From: Candidatus Zhuqueibacterota bacterium | GTDB lineage: Bacteria > Zhuqueibacterota > Zhuqueibacteria > Oceanimicrobiales > Oceanimicrobiaceae | Reading direction: 5' to 3' | DNA: 35,709 bases | Assembly (NCBI GenBank): GCA_029262005.1 | Contig: JAJDAG010000041.1 | Coordinates: 1-35,709, forward strand | Shown: piece after piece, positions 19,601 to 26,986 of the stretch | How positions within the stretch are numbered: the first letter of the stretch is position 1 | Layout: each line of letters opens with the position of its first letter | Notes under the pieces: model-generated | Told to the model about the DNA's origin: nothing | The model's database searches: none | The model's input: the letters and a program-made list of their open reading frames with translations, nothing else | Position numbers and translations under genes: made by a program

Positions 19601-19934
19601 CGGTCAACCGGAGTATGTTTCAGAAGTCCTGGCAAAGGCCGGGGTTGTACCCACGCAGTTTGAGTTGGCGCAGAACTTCCCAAATCCGTTTAACCCCACT
19701 ACCTCGCTGCGATATGCACTTCCGAACAATGAAAAAGTCACTTTACGCATATTTGATGTTCTCGGCAGAGAGATTTTGAAACTCGTAGATGGCGTTGAAC
19801 AAAAAGCCGGATTTCATATCGTCAACTGGAATGGTCGCAACAAGGCTGGCCTGCCGGTGGCAAGCGGTTTGTATGTTTATCACATCACCGCGGGCAAGTT
19901 TTCGCAAGCAAGAAAAATGCTATTGGTCAAATAG
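16611..19934 (+). CDS. Large secreted cell-surface protein. Signal peptide, about 8 tandem ~53-aa propeller-like repeats, two Ig/Kre9-like domains, and a C-terminal T9SS (Por) type-A sorting domain
   Basis: The C-terminus FELAQNFPNPFNPTTSLRYALPNNEKVTLRIFDVLGREILKLVDG...GLYVYHITAGKFSQARKMLLVK is the canonical T9SS CTD. The N-terminus has a signal peptide. The repeated motif G-A-h-h-x-W-x-D-x-R-x-x-x-D-I-Y-A-Q-R runs through residues ~40-470. Confidence 0.85.
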   Translation: MNTLLECKLRTSLAGLVLFLHMLSPGAGLFAQWSKDASRNNTIATLDISSQQKAVIASDRQNGAIILWEDTRNGSVDVYGQHILESGEFGWTPNGIEIAVGDSMQQAPGIAVTDTGTFFVAWLDENNIVSDIHVLLQAFRSNDAGKIWNAARVVHQGDNSPPRVMLSGSGEIITATYLSARFDDVISFQITDATGQPRFFPEQAVANDSAKGRQPRIQPAVTTALNGGVMAAWTDSRADSAIYVTGIHPNGTKWTEGDKRLSESAAFATYPVITSDGQAGALIAWIQPVPGAEDDMVRVTRIDETGNPVWTIQVVELTTTTGRKKNLQIASDNRNGAYLVWTNLSNPNAKLYAQRIKVDGEAWSSDVALSNAVGAQLSANVSNNGGGDLLCAWQDDRHGEPDIVAQAVDSTGALIWNADGVEVSIAAGVQAQPVLTNDGLGGAIITWQDERNITRDIYAQRVSITGELGEFRRVAISNPTTVSEWEIGSAQTIQWQASAEIESVRIELSRDGGQFFEVLLDGLDNINPAGNQATVQIVSGPPSEQCVLRISATRTPFIKNTSQTFKITNTTGPLISHDAVTTADAGEELNITAGVLDQSGVQDVSLAYIVGGKNTFISTNMSEGDASIYTGVISAESVTERGLRYFIKATDTIGAITYSDTFDVAVRFTAGTLTKQIALGAEQSAYRMISAPNALAQPLVDSVFTISNFGVYDTTSWRLFEYRNETNVERDSATAASFLFNPGQAYWLISGSTREVNFGRGASVPTGSTFPITLSPGWNQIGNPFTFAVAWEDIAAANASAIISRPSLFRGSYIIPNVIDPFAGYFLFNFGDQDITLHIPAKEFVDLGKSVAKNTDGLQWEIQVKAYCEGAMDEYNFVGIHDNAAAAWDLNDQPEPPPIGAFVSLYFPQKDWERFANNYTTDYRGQLDRGQTWAFEVRNNIANSEARVEIAPEALPANLKITLLDENLNVSQDLRDNPVYTFPTGTSVATKTLKLVIGQPEYVSEVLAKAGVVPTQFELAQNFPNPFNPTTSLRYALPNNEKVTLRIFDVLGREILKLVDGVEQKAGFHIVNWNGRNKAGLPVASGLYVYHITAGKFSQARKMLLVK
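16728..18021 (+). repeat. About 8 tandem ~53-aa protein repeats (beta-propeller-like blades) inside the T9SS cargo gene
   Basis: Recurring pattern seen in GAIILWEDTRNGSVDVYGQ, GTFFVAWLDENN, GGVMAAWTDSRADSAIYVTG, GALIAWIQP, GAYLVWTNLSNPNAKLYAQRI, GDLLCAWQDDRHGEPDIVAQAV and GAIITWQDERNITRDIYAQRV. Confidence 0.6.
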
Positions 19935-19965
19935 AATTTAAAAATATACAACAAAATTTTCTCTT

Positions 19966-20844
19966 ATGGAGAACCCTATGAAACAGCTGACCCAAACCCT
20001 TTTGAGCCTGCTAATGCTTGGTCTAATCACTGGCAATACACCTGCTCAGGAATTAGAGAGGCAGGAGACAACCAGGCAGCACGAGCAAGTTTTGACGCAG
20101 GATGGCTATGACAAAACATCGCCTGCCGTGGTGAAAATTGTCTCAGATGCCGGACGCAAAATCGGCGCAGGCGTACTACTTGCCGTGCACAACGACGATA
20201 TTGGTTTTGTTTTGACTTCCTACAGTATGGTTGCCGGCAGGGACAAAGTTGCCATTATTTTAAGAAACTATCCAGATGCGCTACTCGGCCAGGTGGTCGA
20301 CAAATGGATCGACTTTGATCTCGATCTTGCCATTGTCGGAATCAAAGATTTTCCTGCCGGGCAGCCTATGATCACCCTTGGCCCTGATAGCAAATTGGAC
20401 AGCAGCAGAGTAGTGACTTCTGTCTCGCATGCCGAGGATGGCGACTGGGTGCCGATTCCAACCAAAATTAAGGCTGCCGATGAACGTGGCTTTGCCTTCC
20501 GGCTGAACGAAACAGCCGACTCTGAAGGTGCGCCTATCCTGAACAACGACGGTTACATGGTAGGAATGACGGTCAGTGATGACGCCACCTCAATCGCCGA
20601 GTTCCCATCTGATTTTGCCGTGCGCTCCAGCATGATAAAGCCGATTCTGAAAGAGTGGTTTCAAGGCGTTGAATTAAAACAGAAATGGCGCGAAAAAAGT
20701 GCCGGTATTGCCACCTGGATTTGGGCAGTTGGCGGCAGTGTTGTCAGCGGTACGGTCGCAACTGTTTTTGCCATTTCCAACGGTAATGATGGTGGGCCGA
20801 AAAACTTGCCAAGGCCACCACAGCCACCGACCACAGGACAATAA
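19966..20844 (+). CDS. Trypsin-like (S1/HtrA-fold) protein with N-terminal signal peptide and C-terminal TM anchor; the catalytic His is apparently missing, so it may be a pseudo-protease
   Basis: A DLAIV Asp motif and an ADSEGAP (GDSGGP-like) Ser motif are present, but the expected LTNxHV His position reads LTSYSMV. The C-terminal helix is IATWIWAVGGSVVSGTVATVFAI followed by a Pro-rich tail. The likely start is the second ATG at 19978, which has a GGAG Shine-Dalgarno. Confidence 0.55.
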   Translation: MENPMKQLTQTLLSLLMLGLITGNTPAQELERQETTRQHEQVLTQDGYDKTSPAVVKIVSDAGRKIGAGVLLAVHNDDIGFVLTSYSMVAGRDKVAIILRNYPDALLGQVVDKWIDFDLDLAIVGIKDFPAGQPMITLGPDSKLDSSRVVTSVSHAEDGDWVPIPTKIKAADERGFAFRLNETADSEGAPILNNDGYMVGMTVSDDATSIAEFPSDFAVRSSMIKPILKEWFQGVELKQKWREKSAGIATWIWAVGGSVVSGTVATVFAISNGNDGGPKNLPRPPQPPTTGQ

Positions 20845-20851
20845 AACCAAA

Positions 20852-20878
20852 CCTGAGCACCCCTTCCGGGGGCTCAGG
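20852..20878 (+). terminator. GC-rich hairpin CCTGAGCACCCC-TTCC-GGGGGCTCAGG just after the 19966-20844 CDS
   Basis: A perfect 11-12 bp stem read in the sequence. It is followed by A-rich rather than T-rich sequence on the plus strand and a T-run on the minus strand. Confidence 0.4.
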
Positions 20879-21018
20879 CAAACTAAAATAGCAACAAAAC
20901 ATTGAATGGAGAAAATGTAACACACAAAGGCCTGCTCTCGCTCGAATACATAGCCGAAAACTACTGGAACCAGAATATCTCCCGAAAAGTGGGCCTGAGG
21001 CTATTATGATGTTCAAAC

Positions 21019-23322
21019 ATGTGGTTCATTTGCAAACATGAACCTACAAAGTTATCCCACATCAACAAAAGAGCGACCATTATGGATGAACTGAAAAATT
21101 CAATGCCACTTGAGAACACTCTCAGGGAGAAACAAACCAACGATCTTCTGCTTGACCGCCTGAACATAATTGGCGAAAAAGTTGCATCCAATGCCAGCAT
21201 AGGGGAAATTTTGCAACAAGTAGCAAACTGCGCCGCAGAGGAACTTGGGGCTGATCCTGTCGTGCTTTACCAATGCAAACAAAACAAGGCAACATTCGTG
21301 GCGCCCCCCATCTACGCCGGCAAACTGATCCACCAAGTCAAAAACGCTGGGGTATCTCCTTTCAAAGGCACCACCTTTGCAGAGTTGATTCTTGCTGAAG
21401 GGGAGTCGTTACACTTTGAAATGAAAGATGATATAGACGAGCATATTCGTACGAGTTGGTGCAAACAGAACAACACGGCCTATATTCCCAACGAATGGTT
21501 TCACGACCGTGAAGGGATTCAATCCATGGCAGCTTTAATTTTAAAGGCTGGTGAAACCAAAGTTGGTCTGATGTTTTTGAATTATCGCCAACCCCACAAA
21601 TTCTCCGAATCAGTGAAAAAACGGATGAATACTTTTGTCGCTTACGCAGCCGTTGCTATCACCAATTCCAGGCTGATAGCCAGGTTGAATGACGACCACT
21701 CATATTTAAAACGAATCATAGATCGATTGCCGGATCCGGTTTTTGTTACTGAAAATAAAAAGATAAACGGGCAATTGGTTTGGAGAATCAAGGTAGCCAA
21801 CCGCGTCGCCCATCAACTGTTCGGCTATGACTTCAGTACCAACGAATTCGCTGATAGAGACGCCCGCCTGTTGCTGGGAGGCGATCTGGATAAGTTAAAA
21901 CAGGCATTGCAAAAAGCCAATGGTGAGGTTACAGATCTCGAATTGAGCATGCAGCATTCTGATGGACACCGCATTCCTGTGAGCATCTCAACTTCTGTTT
22001 TAATGCGGAACAAGGAAAACGATCATGTTACGAGTGCTATTTGCGTTGCAAAAGACTTGGCAACAAAAAACCGATTGGATTATCTCAACCGTGCCACACT
22101 ATCATTACTCGAAGCGAGAAGCCTCGAAGCTGCTTATGACATCATCTTTGAAAACCTGAATAATATTGGTTACAAAAAAGGGATGCTTTCCCTCGTAGGT
22201 GAAAAGACAAAGATAATTTCCGGAAAGCGAGCGATTGGCAGAAATTGGCATGATTTGCTGGACAAAACCAACGTGCCCCTGAAAAGCGGCAATGTGCTGG
22301 CACAAGTTGTTAAATCCGGCACACCCAGATTAATAAAAGATTGTACAACCGACCCTAGTTGCAATCATGAATTGACGCAACAGGCCGGCATTAAATCGCA
22401 GTACATCATACCCTTAAAGATTCATGAAGAGGTGATTGGTACCCTGCAGATAGACTTAACAGACAAGCAGAATTTTTTGTACGGAGACAAACATCACCTT
22501 ACAGAAAGTCTGAATGTCTTGTCAGCCTTTGCCAATCAGGTGGCTGTGGCCATTGAGTCAAACAGATTAAAAGCAAAAGCCAACAAGTTGCAACGATCTT
22601 TGGCTGATGTCGGTCACGAGTTTCGCTCGCCGCTACACAACATCATCACGCAATTGGGGGGCCTTAGCTATTACCTGAAGAAAAAATACGGTCAAGATCA
22701 GAAAGTGCTTGATGTTGTAAAAATAATAGAGGAAGAAAGCTTCCGCGGTGATCGCCAGATGAAAAATGCACTTTACTCATCTGAAAAGTCAGTCGACAGC
22801 ATGGGCCAGCATTTGGAAAAACACAGACTCAGTGTGACCATCCAACAATGTGCTGCCCGGTTCCAGATAACCGCTAGAAATCGGGGTATTAGCATTGTCG
22901 TACGTGATAATATTAAAAAAATACCACCCTTTTCTTTTGACATAATGCAAATAGAGCAGGTGTTCACCAACCTTATCGACAATGCCGTCAAATACTCGCA
23001 CGAGAGGCAGACGGTTGAGATTCAAGGCGAAGATCATGGTAGAAAAATTGAAATATCAATAAAGAATACCGGCCTGGGTATCCCCGAAAGATCCTATACA
23101 CAAATATTTGAAGGGTTCAGTCGCAGTGATGTACTGGACTCTACGCGCTTCATCCCGGGGACCGGTCTTGGCTTAAAAATCGCAAAAAACTTTGTTGAAC
23201 AACACAAAGGGAAAATATGGGTTATTAGTAAACCCCTTTCACAACGCGGCAAGACAATGAATTATGAAGGATATCTTACGACATTTTTTGTCCTCTTGCC
23301 GAAAAACCCCATGGAGTATTAG
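21019..23322 (+). CDS. Cytoplasmic sensor histidine kinase with N-terminal GAF/PAS-type sensory domains and a HisKA+HATPase_c core
   Basis: Contains the H-box LADVGHEFRSPLHNI, N-box NLIDNAVKYS and G2-box GTGLGLKIAKNFVEQHKGKIWV. No TM segments were seen. The likely start is the ATG at 21079 (MDELKNS). Confidence 0.85.
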   Translation: MWFICKHEPTKLSHINKRATIMDELKNSMPLENTLREKQTNDLLLDRLNIIGEKVASNASIGEILQQVANCAAEELGADPVVLYQCKQNKATFVAPPIYAGKLIHQVKNAGVSPFKGTTFAELILAEGESLHFEMKDDIDEHIRTSWCKQNNTAYIPNEWFHDREGIQSMAALILKAGETKVGLMFLNYRQPHKFSESVKKRMNTFVAYAAVAITNSRLIARLNDDHSYLKRIIDRLPDPVFVTENKKINGQLVWRIKVANRVAHQLFGYDFSTNEFADRDARLLLGGDLDKLKQALQKANGEVTDLELSMQHSDGHRIPVSISTSVLMRNKENDHVTSAICVAKDLATKNRLDYLNRATLSLLEARSLEAAYDIIFENLNNIGYKKGMLSLVGEKTKIISGKRAIGRNWHDLLDKTNVPLKSGNVLAQVVKSGTPRLIKDCTTDPSCNHELTQQAGIKSQYIIPLKIHEEVIGTLQIDLTDKQNFLYGDKHHLTESLNVLSAFANQVAVAIESNRLKAKANKLQRSLADVGHEFRSPLHNIITQLGGLSYYLKKKYGQDQKVLDVVKIIEEESFRGDRQMKNALYSSEKSVDSMGQHLEKHRLSVTIQQCAARFQITARNRGISIVVRDNIKKIPPFSFDIMQIEQVFTNLIDNAVKYSHERQTVEIQGEDHGRKIEISIKNTGLGIPERSYTQIFEGFSRSDVLDSTRFIPGTGLGLKIAKNFVEQHKGKIWVISKPLSQRGKTMNYEGYLTTFFVLLPKNPMEY

Positions 23323-23752
23323 CTTGTCCAAACGCATTCTTTTTGTCGATGATGAGCCGCTGAGTGTTTCGGCCTATTTTGAAATTTTAGAGGACCAGAA
23401 CATTGAAATAGACCTTGCAGAAGACGGAAACCAGGCCATTAACCGCCTTCAATCCCAAAAGTATGACCTGGTTGTCCTGGATGTTCAATTTACACCCGGG
23501 GAAATGATGGGTGAAAACATCGAACCGCGCAGGGCCGGCGCTGAACTTTTGGCTCTAATACGCAAAAACAAAATTGTAGATTTGTCCACGCCGCCCAATG
23601 TGCCCATCCTGATTCTTACCGCGGTTATGGATCAACGATTGCTGGAAGAGATAAAGGATTTGAAGGTTGACGGTCTCTGCTCAAAGCCAATTGTTTTTCA
23701 AAAAGTTGTGGAAACAGTAACCAGATTACTGGGAATTGAACCTGCTTCATAG
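23264..23752 (+). CDS. Stand-alone response-regulator receiver (CheY-like) protein
   Basis: The phospho-acceptor pocket is present (ILFVDDEP ... DLVVLDVQFTPGE ... ILILTAV). The listed ATG overlaps the kinase by 59 nt; an in-frame TTG at 23324 with GGAG 8 nt upstream is the more likely start. Confidence 0.8.
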   Translation: MKDILRHFLSSCRKTPWSISLSKRILFVDDEPLSVSAYFEILEDQNIEIDLAEDGNQAINRLQSQKYDLVVLDVQFTPGEMMGENIEPRRAGAELLALIRKNKIVDLSTPPNVPILILTAVMDQRLLEEIKDLKVDGLCSKPIVFQKVVETVTRLLGIEPAS

Positions 23753-23796
23753 TCAGAGTTACGCCAAAAAGCTCAACGGCTCGGGGCAATGGCAGT

Positions 23797-23844
23797 GAAA
23801 TTTGAGTTTGGCTGCATCTGCAAAATTGCCAGACTCAAATTTTC
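23797..23844 (+). terminator. Long AT-rich hairpin (16-bp stem GAAATTTGAGTTTGGC / GCCAGACTCAAATTTTC, 15-nt loop) between the response-regulator and SPFH genes
   Basis: An inverted repeat with one mismatch read directly. The downstream sequence, ...ACTTTTTA, is only weakly U-rich. Confidence 0.4.
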
Positions 23845-23877
23845 AACACGACACTTTTTACGGATAGGAGGGAGTTT

Positions 23878-24813
23878 ATGGAAACAGCTATCATTTTTTT
23901 GGTTTTTTTCGGAATAATACTCTTAGTGTTTGTTATTGCAGCGGCTATTTTTGGAATACGAACCGTCCCGCAAGGCAGTATGTATGTTGTTGAAAGGTTC
24001 GGAAAGTTCAAGAGAACCCTTGAGCCGGGCCTAAACTTCATCCTCCCCTTCATGGATGTCATCGCTCACAAAGTGCCGACTAAGGATTTGGTTTTGGATA
24101 TTCCCAAACAGGATCTTATCACCAGAGATAATGTCGTTCTTCTCGCGAATGCCGTGTCATATATCAGAATAATCCATCCCGCCAATTCGGTTTACAGAGT
24201 TGATAACTACCAAAATGCCATCCAAAATTTAATTCAAACGTCGCTGCGGGCCATTATCGGTGAAATGAGTCTTGATGATGCGCTGTCATCAAGGGAAGAA
24301 ATTAAAATCAAACTGCAATCACAAATTTCTGATACGATTAGAGATTGGGGTATTGATTTAAAAACCGTAGAAATTCAGGATATTAGCCCCTCCGAAAGCA
24401 TGAAAAAATCCATGGAGGAAGAAGCATCGGCCGAAAGACACCGGCGAGCCATTGTTACACGCGCAGAGGGTGAAAAAGAAGCCGCTATTCTCAATGCAGA
24501 GGGTCGCGGCGTGGCCGCCAAACTCGATGCCGAAGCCCGCCTTGTAACCGCCAAACTCGATGCCGAAGCCCGGCTTGAAGCCGCCCGACTCGACGCACAG
24601 GCAAAAACCATTCTAGCTGATGCGAGTCAGGCGGCAATTCAGTATGTTTCTGAAGCCATTCAAGGCAATGAACTGCCTGTTATGTTTTTGCTGGGAGAAA
24701 AATATGTGGAAGCCGTCAAAGAAATCTCCACCTCGGGAAACGCCAAAATTGTAATGTTACCAGCCGATATTCCGGCTGCGGTGAAAGGTGTTATGAGCCA
24801 GCTTAATAAGTAA
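23878..24813 (+). CDS. SPFH/Band-7 (stomatin/prohibitin-like) membrane protein with a coiled-coil C-terminal region
   Basis: An N-terminal TM (IIFLVFFGIILLVFVIAAAIFGI) is followed by an SPFH core (VPQGSMYVVERFGKFKRTLEPGLNFILPF...LITRDNVVLLANAVSYIRI) and AKLDAEARL heptad-like repeats. GGAGGG lies upstream of the ATG. Confidence 0.85.
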   Translation: METAIIFLVFFGIILLVFVIAAAIFGIRTVPQGSMYVVERFGKFKRTLEPGLNFILPFMDVIAHKVPTKDLVLDIPKQDLITRDNVVLLANAVSYIRIIHPANSVYRVDNYQNAIQNLIQTSLRAIIGEMSLDDALSSREEIKIKLQSQISDTIRDWGIDLKTVEIQDISPSESMKKSMEEEASAERHRRAIVTRAEGEKEAAILNAEGRGVAAKLDAEARLVTAKLDAEARLEAARLDAQAKTILADASQAAIQYVSEAIQGNELPVMFLLGEKYVEAVKEISTSGNAKIVMLPADIPAAVKGVMSQLNK

Positions 24814-25093
24814 AAATGGGCACAACATTTGTGTCGATTTTCGTGCATAGAGGTTTACTTTCTGCCAACTCCGAGAATCTGAAAAGGGCTACACGTAAAT
24901 CTGTTTTCGGCAGACAAGTCCAAGACAGACGCAGAACCCGATCCCTAAACTTTTGCCGTACGGCCTCTAAACCTTCCTCATATCAGAACCACTCCAATTA
25001 ACGCCAACACTTTCTTCCGGGAACGCATGACTTGCTCAGACTTGGAGCATTGCACCCCCACTCTTTTTGCCTGATATCACCACTGCTTTATCT

Positions 25094-25858
25094 TCAGGAA
25101 CTCACCAACTTAAATTGCACTGGCATAGATACCCACACGCGGATCTTGCGATCCCGTTGTTTCGCCGGCAACCAGCTCACTTTTTGCAAAGCGCTCAGCG
25201 CAGACTCCTCAAAACCCATATTCGCGGGCTTTGCCTGGATCACTTCCGAGCGCTCGGCTTTGCCGTCTACACCGACCAGCACCTTCACAAAAACAACGCC
25301 TTCAAGACCCGCAGCTCGTGCAACCCGCGGGTACTTCAAGTGCTTCGAAAGCGCTTGCAAACCGCCAACAATTTCAGGTGGTTCATCATAAGCAACAAAA
25401 ATATTAGCGTCATCGTCTGGTGGCGCTGGCGGCGCCGGAATATCACTTAGATCAATTTCAGTGGATGCGATGGTCATGTCTTCAGGCACATCCTCAGACT
25501 CGGTCGGGATGGGAACACTTGGCCGTGGTGGCGCCGGCGGACGATGAATCTGTTCCGTCGCCGGGATATCTGCCACTTCTATTTTGATGTCCACCTGCTG
25601 CGGCGCCACAGTGGATAAGGAGAAAAGCCGTCCCACCTGTGCTGTGCCGATAACCAGTGTGAGAGCAAAAATGGAGCAGATCTCCACTGTTTTTCTATAA
25701 GCCAATTTTAAGTTAGCCTGATCTCGTTTTTGCCGCACAATATTCATTCCAGTCATTTTTTCGGAAAAATACTGCCTCGTTTTGCGGTCTAAGGCACTTT
25801 CTTTTTTCTCTTGCTGCAGGTGTTGAAACAACCCTTTATTTCGAAACATACTTTGCAC
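25094..25858 (-). CDS. tonB: TonB-family energy transducer
   Basis: Has an N-terminal TM, a Pro-rich spacer (PPAPPRPSVPIP ... PAPPAPPDDD) and a C-terminal TonB domain (GLEGVVFVKVLVGVDGKAERSEVIQAKP...RVWVSMPVQFKL). Confidence 0.8.
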   Translation of the reverse strand: MQSMFRNKGLFQHLQQEKKESALDRKTRQYFSEKMTGMNIVRQKRDQANLKLAYRKTVEICSIFALTLVIGTAQVGRLFSLSTVAPQQVDIKIEVADIPATEQIHRPPAPPRPSVPIPTESEDVPEDMTIASTEIDLSDIPAPPAPPDDDANIFVAYDEPPEIVGGLQALSKHLKYPRVARAAGLEGVVFVKVLVGVDGKAERSEVIQAKPANMGFEESALSALQKVSWLPAKQRDRKIRVWVSMPVQFKLVSS

Positions 25859-26197
25859 TCCTTTATGCTATAAAACCTGAACTTCTAATTTTACTTCGAG
25901 TACGGCTGGTTGTCAGCAGGGTTTCAACAATAGAAATAAATCTTGAATTCTGCTTCTGGTTTTATAGCAAAATAAACGCAATTCGTATGCACAAAAGTAC
26001 CTGACCCAAGAATAAACCAGGACAACAAACCAACTTGCAAAATCCGTGGCAACCAAACTGAGCGCTCGTTGCTCTGACGCCTGTCCTTGTAGCTCTGTTG
26101 CAATTCATAAGTTCTCATTACCATTGCGCCCAGCAACCGGCCTGCTCGTTCCCAAAAGCAATCGACAAATATTAAGTTGGAAGGTGGCCATTTTCTA

Positions 26198-26226
26198 TTG
26201 ACACAGTATATTATATTTATTATATT
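26198..26226 (+). promoter_or_regulatory. Consensus sigma70-type promoter TTGACA-N17-TATATT driving the tRNA-Lys pair
   Basis: An exact -35 at 26198-26203, a 17-nt spacer and TATATT at 26221-26226, 25 nt upstream of the first tRNA. Confidence 0.6.
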
Positions 26227-26250
26227 CAGCCTTGTTTTAACTATGGTACT

Positions 26251-26323
26251 GAGGGTATAGCTCAGCCGGTAGAGCAGCGGCCTTTTAAGCCGTTGGCCGA
26301 AGGTTCGAATCCTTCTACCCTCA
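26251..26323 (+). tRNA. tRNA-Lys (anticodon TTT)
   Basis: The 73-nt cloverleaf was folded by hand: acceptor GAGGGTA/TACCCTC, D-arm GCTC-AGCCGGTA-GAGC, anticodon stem GCGGC/GCCGT with loop CTTTTAA, and T-arm GAAGG-TTCGAAT-CCTTC. No encoded CCA. Confidence 0.85.
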
Positions 26324-26331
26324 CACACATT

Positions 26332-26404
26332 GCGCCGTTAGCTCAACTGGCAGAGCAGGGGCCTCTTAAGCCCAAGGTTCGGGGTTCGATTCCCTGACGG
26401 CGCA
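26332..26404 (+). tRNA. tRNA-Lys (anticodon CTT)
   Basis: The 73-nt cloverleaf has acceptor GCGCCGT/ACGGCGC, D-arm GCTC-AACTGGCA-GAGC, anticodon loop CTCTTAA (one G.A mismatch at the top of the anticodon stem) and T-loop TTCGATT. Confidence 0.75.
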
Positions 26405-26433
26405 CAGACCTAAGTCTTCATAAAATACAAAAA

Positions 26434-26460
26434 GGCTCTCGATTTCGAGAGCCTTTTTGT
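26434..26460. terminator. Bidirectional rho-independent terminator (GGCTCTCGA-loop-TCGAGAGCC) flanked by an A-run and a T-run
   Basis: Sequence is AAAAAGGCTCTCGATTTCGAGAGCCTTTTTGTTT. It terminates the tRNA operon on the plus strand and the convergent cytochrome gene on the minus strand. Confidence 0.8.
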
Positions 26461-26478
26461 TTGGGGGTATTTTCAAAG

Positions 26479-26841
26479 TTACCCAAATTCAGACGCAATG
26501 GGCGGCTGTCCGGGAATGGAGCCCGGCCACATTCCCTTCGGCCAAACTTCTTTCCACTCTTCGTCACCCAGCTTAACATCCGGGATTTTTATGAACGCTT
26601 CGTCTTTGGGGGGAATTCTATAGCCATTCGCCTTAAAGGCCTTGCCAAAGTGATTGAGTTTGGGAATAATTATATGACAGGAACTGCAAGAGGTCTGGTA
26701 TCTTCTGGCAAATGCAGGGATGGCATAAGACGGGGAATCCAATGACAGAAACACTATGACAAAGATGGTTGACGCCATAATGAAGAGAATTGTTCTTGGT
26801 CGAACTCCAGAAAATAAAAACACCGTCATCCCTCTTTTCAT
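26479..26841 (-). CDS. Small membrane-anchored mono-haem c-type cytochrome
   Basis: A single CXXCH motif (CSSCH) follows an N-terminal TM helix (ILFIMASTIFVIVFL). Length is 120 aa. Confidence 0.55.
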   Translation of the reverse strand: MKRGMTVFLFSGVRPRTILFIMASTIFVIVFLSLDSPSYAIPAFARRYQTSCSSCHIIIPKLNHFGKAFKANGYRIPPKDEAFIKIPDVKLGDEEWKEVWPKGMWPGSIPGQPPIASEFG

Positions 26842-26986
26842 AAATTTTTCTCCCTGCGAACCGGCTAACGCAGAGTATGTGAGCCGCTCGGATGTGAATC
26901 ACCTGATGCCATGAATAAACAAGACTTTAAGCATATGGCAGAAATAAAGTCACACAGCTTCAGCACCTTCGTGCTCAGCACAAAAG

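Noticed and set aside
25924-26328. 134-aa minus-strand ORF
   Set aside because: It overlaps the tRNA-Lys(TTT) gene and its promoter on the opposite strand and has no motif support, so it is a spurious ORF
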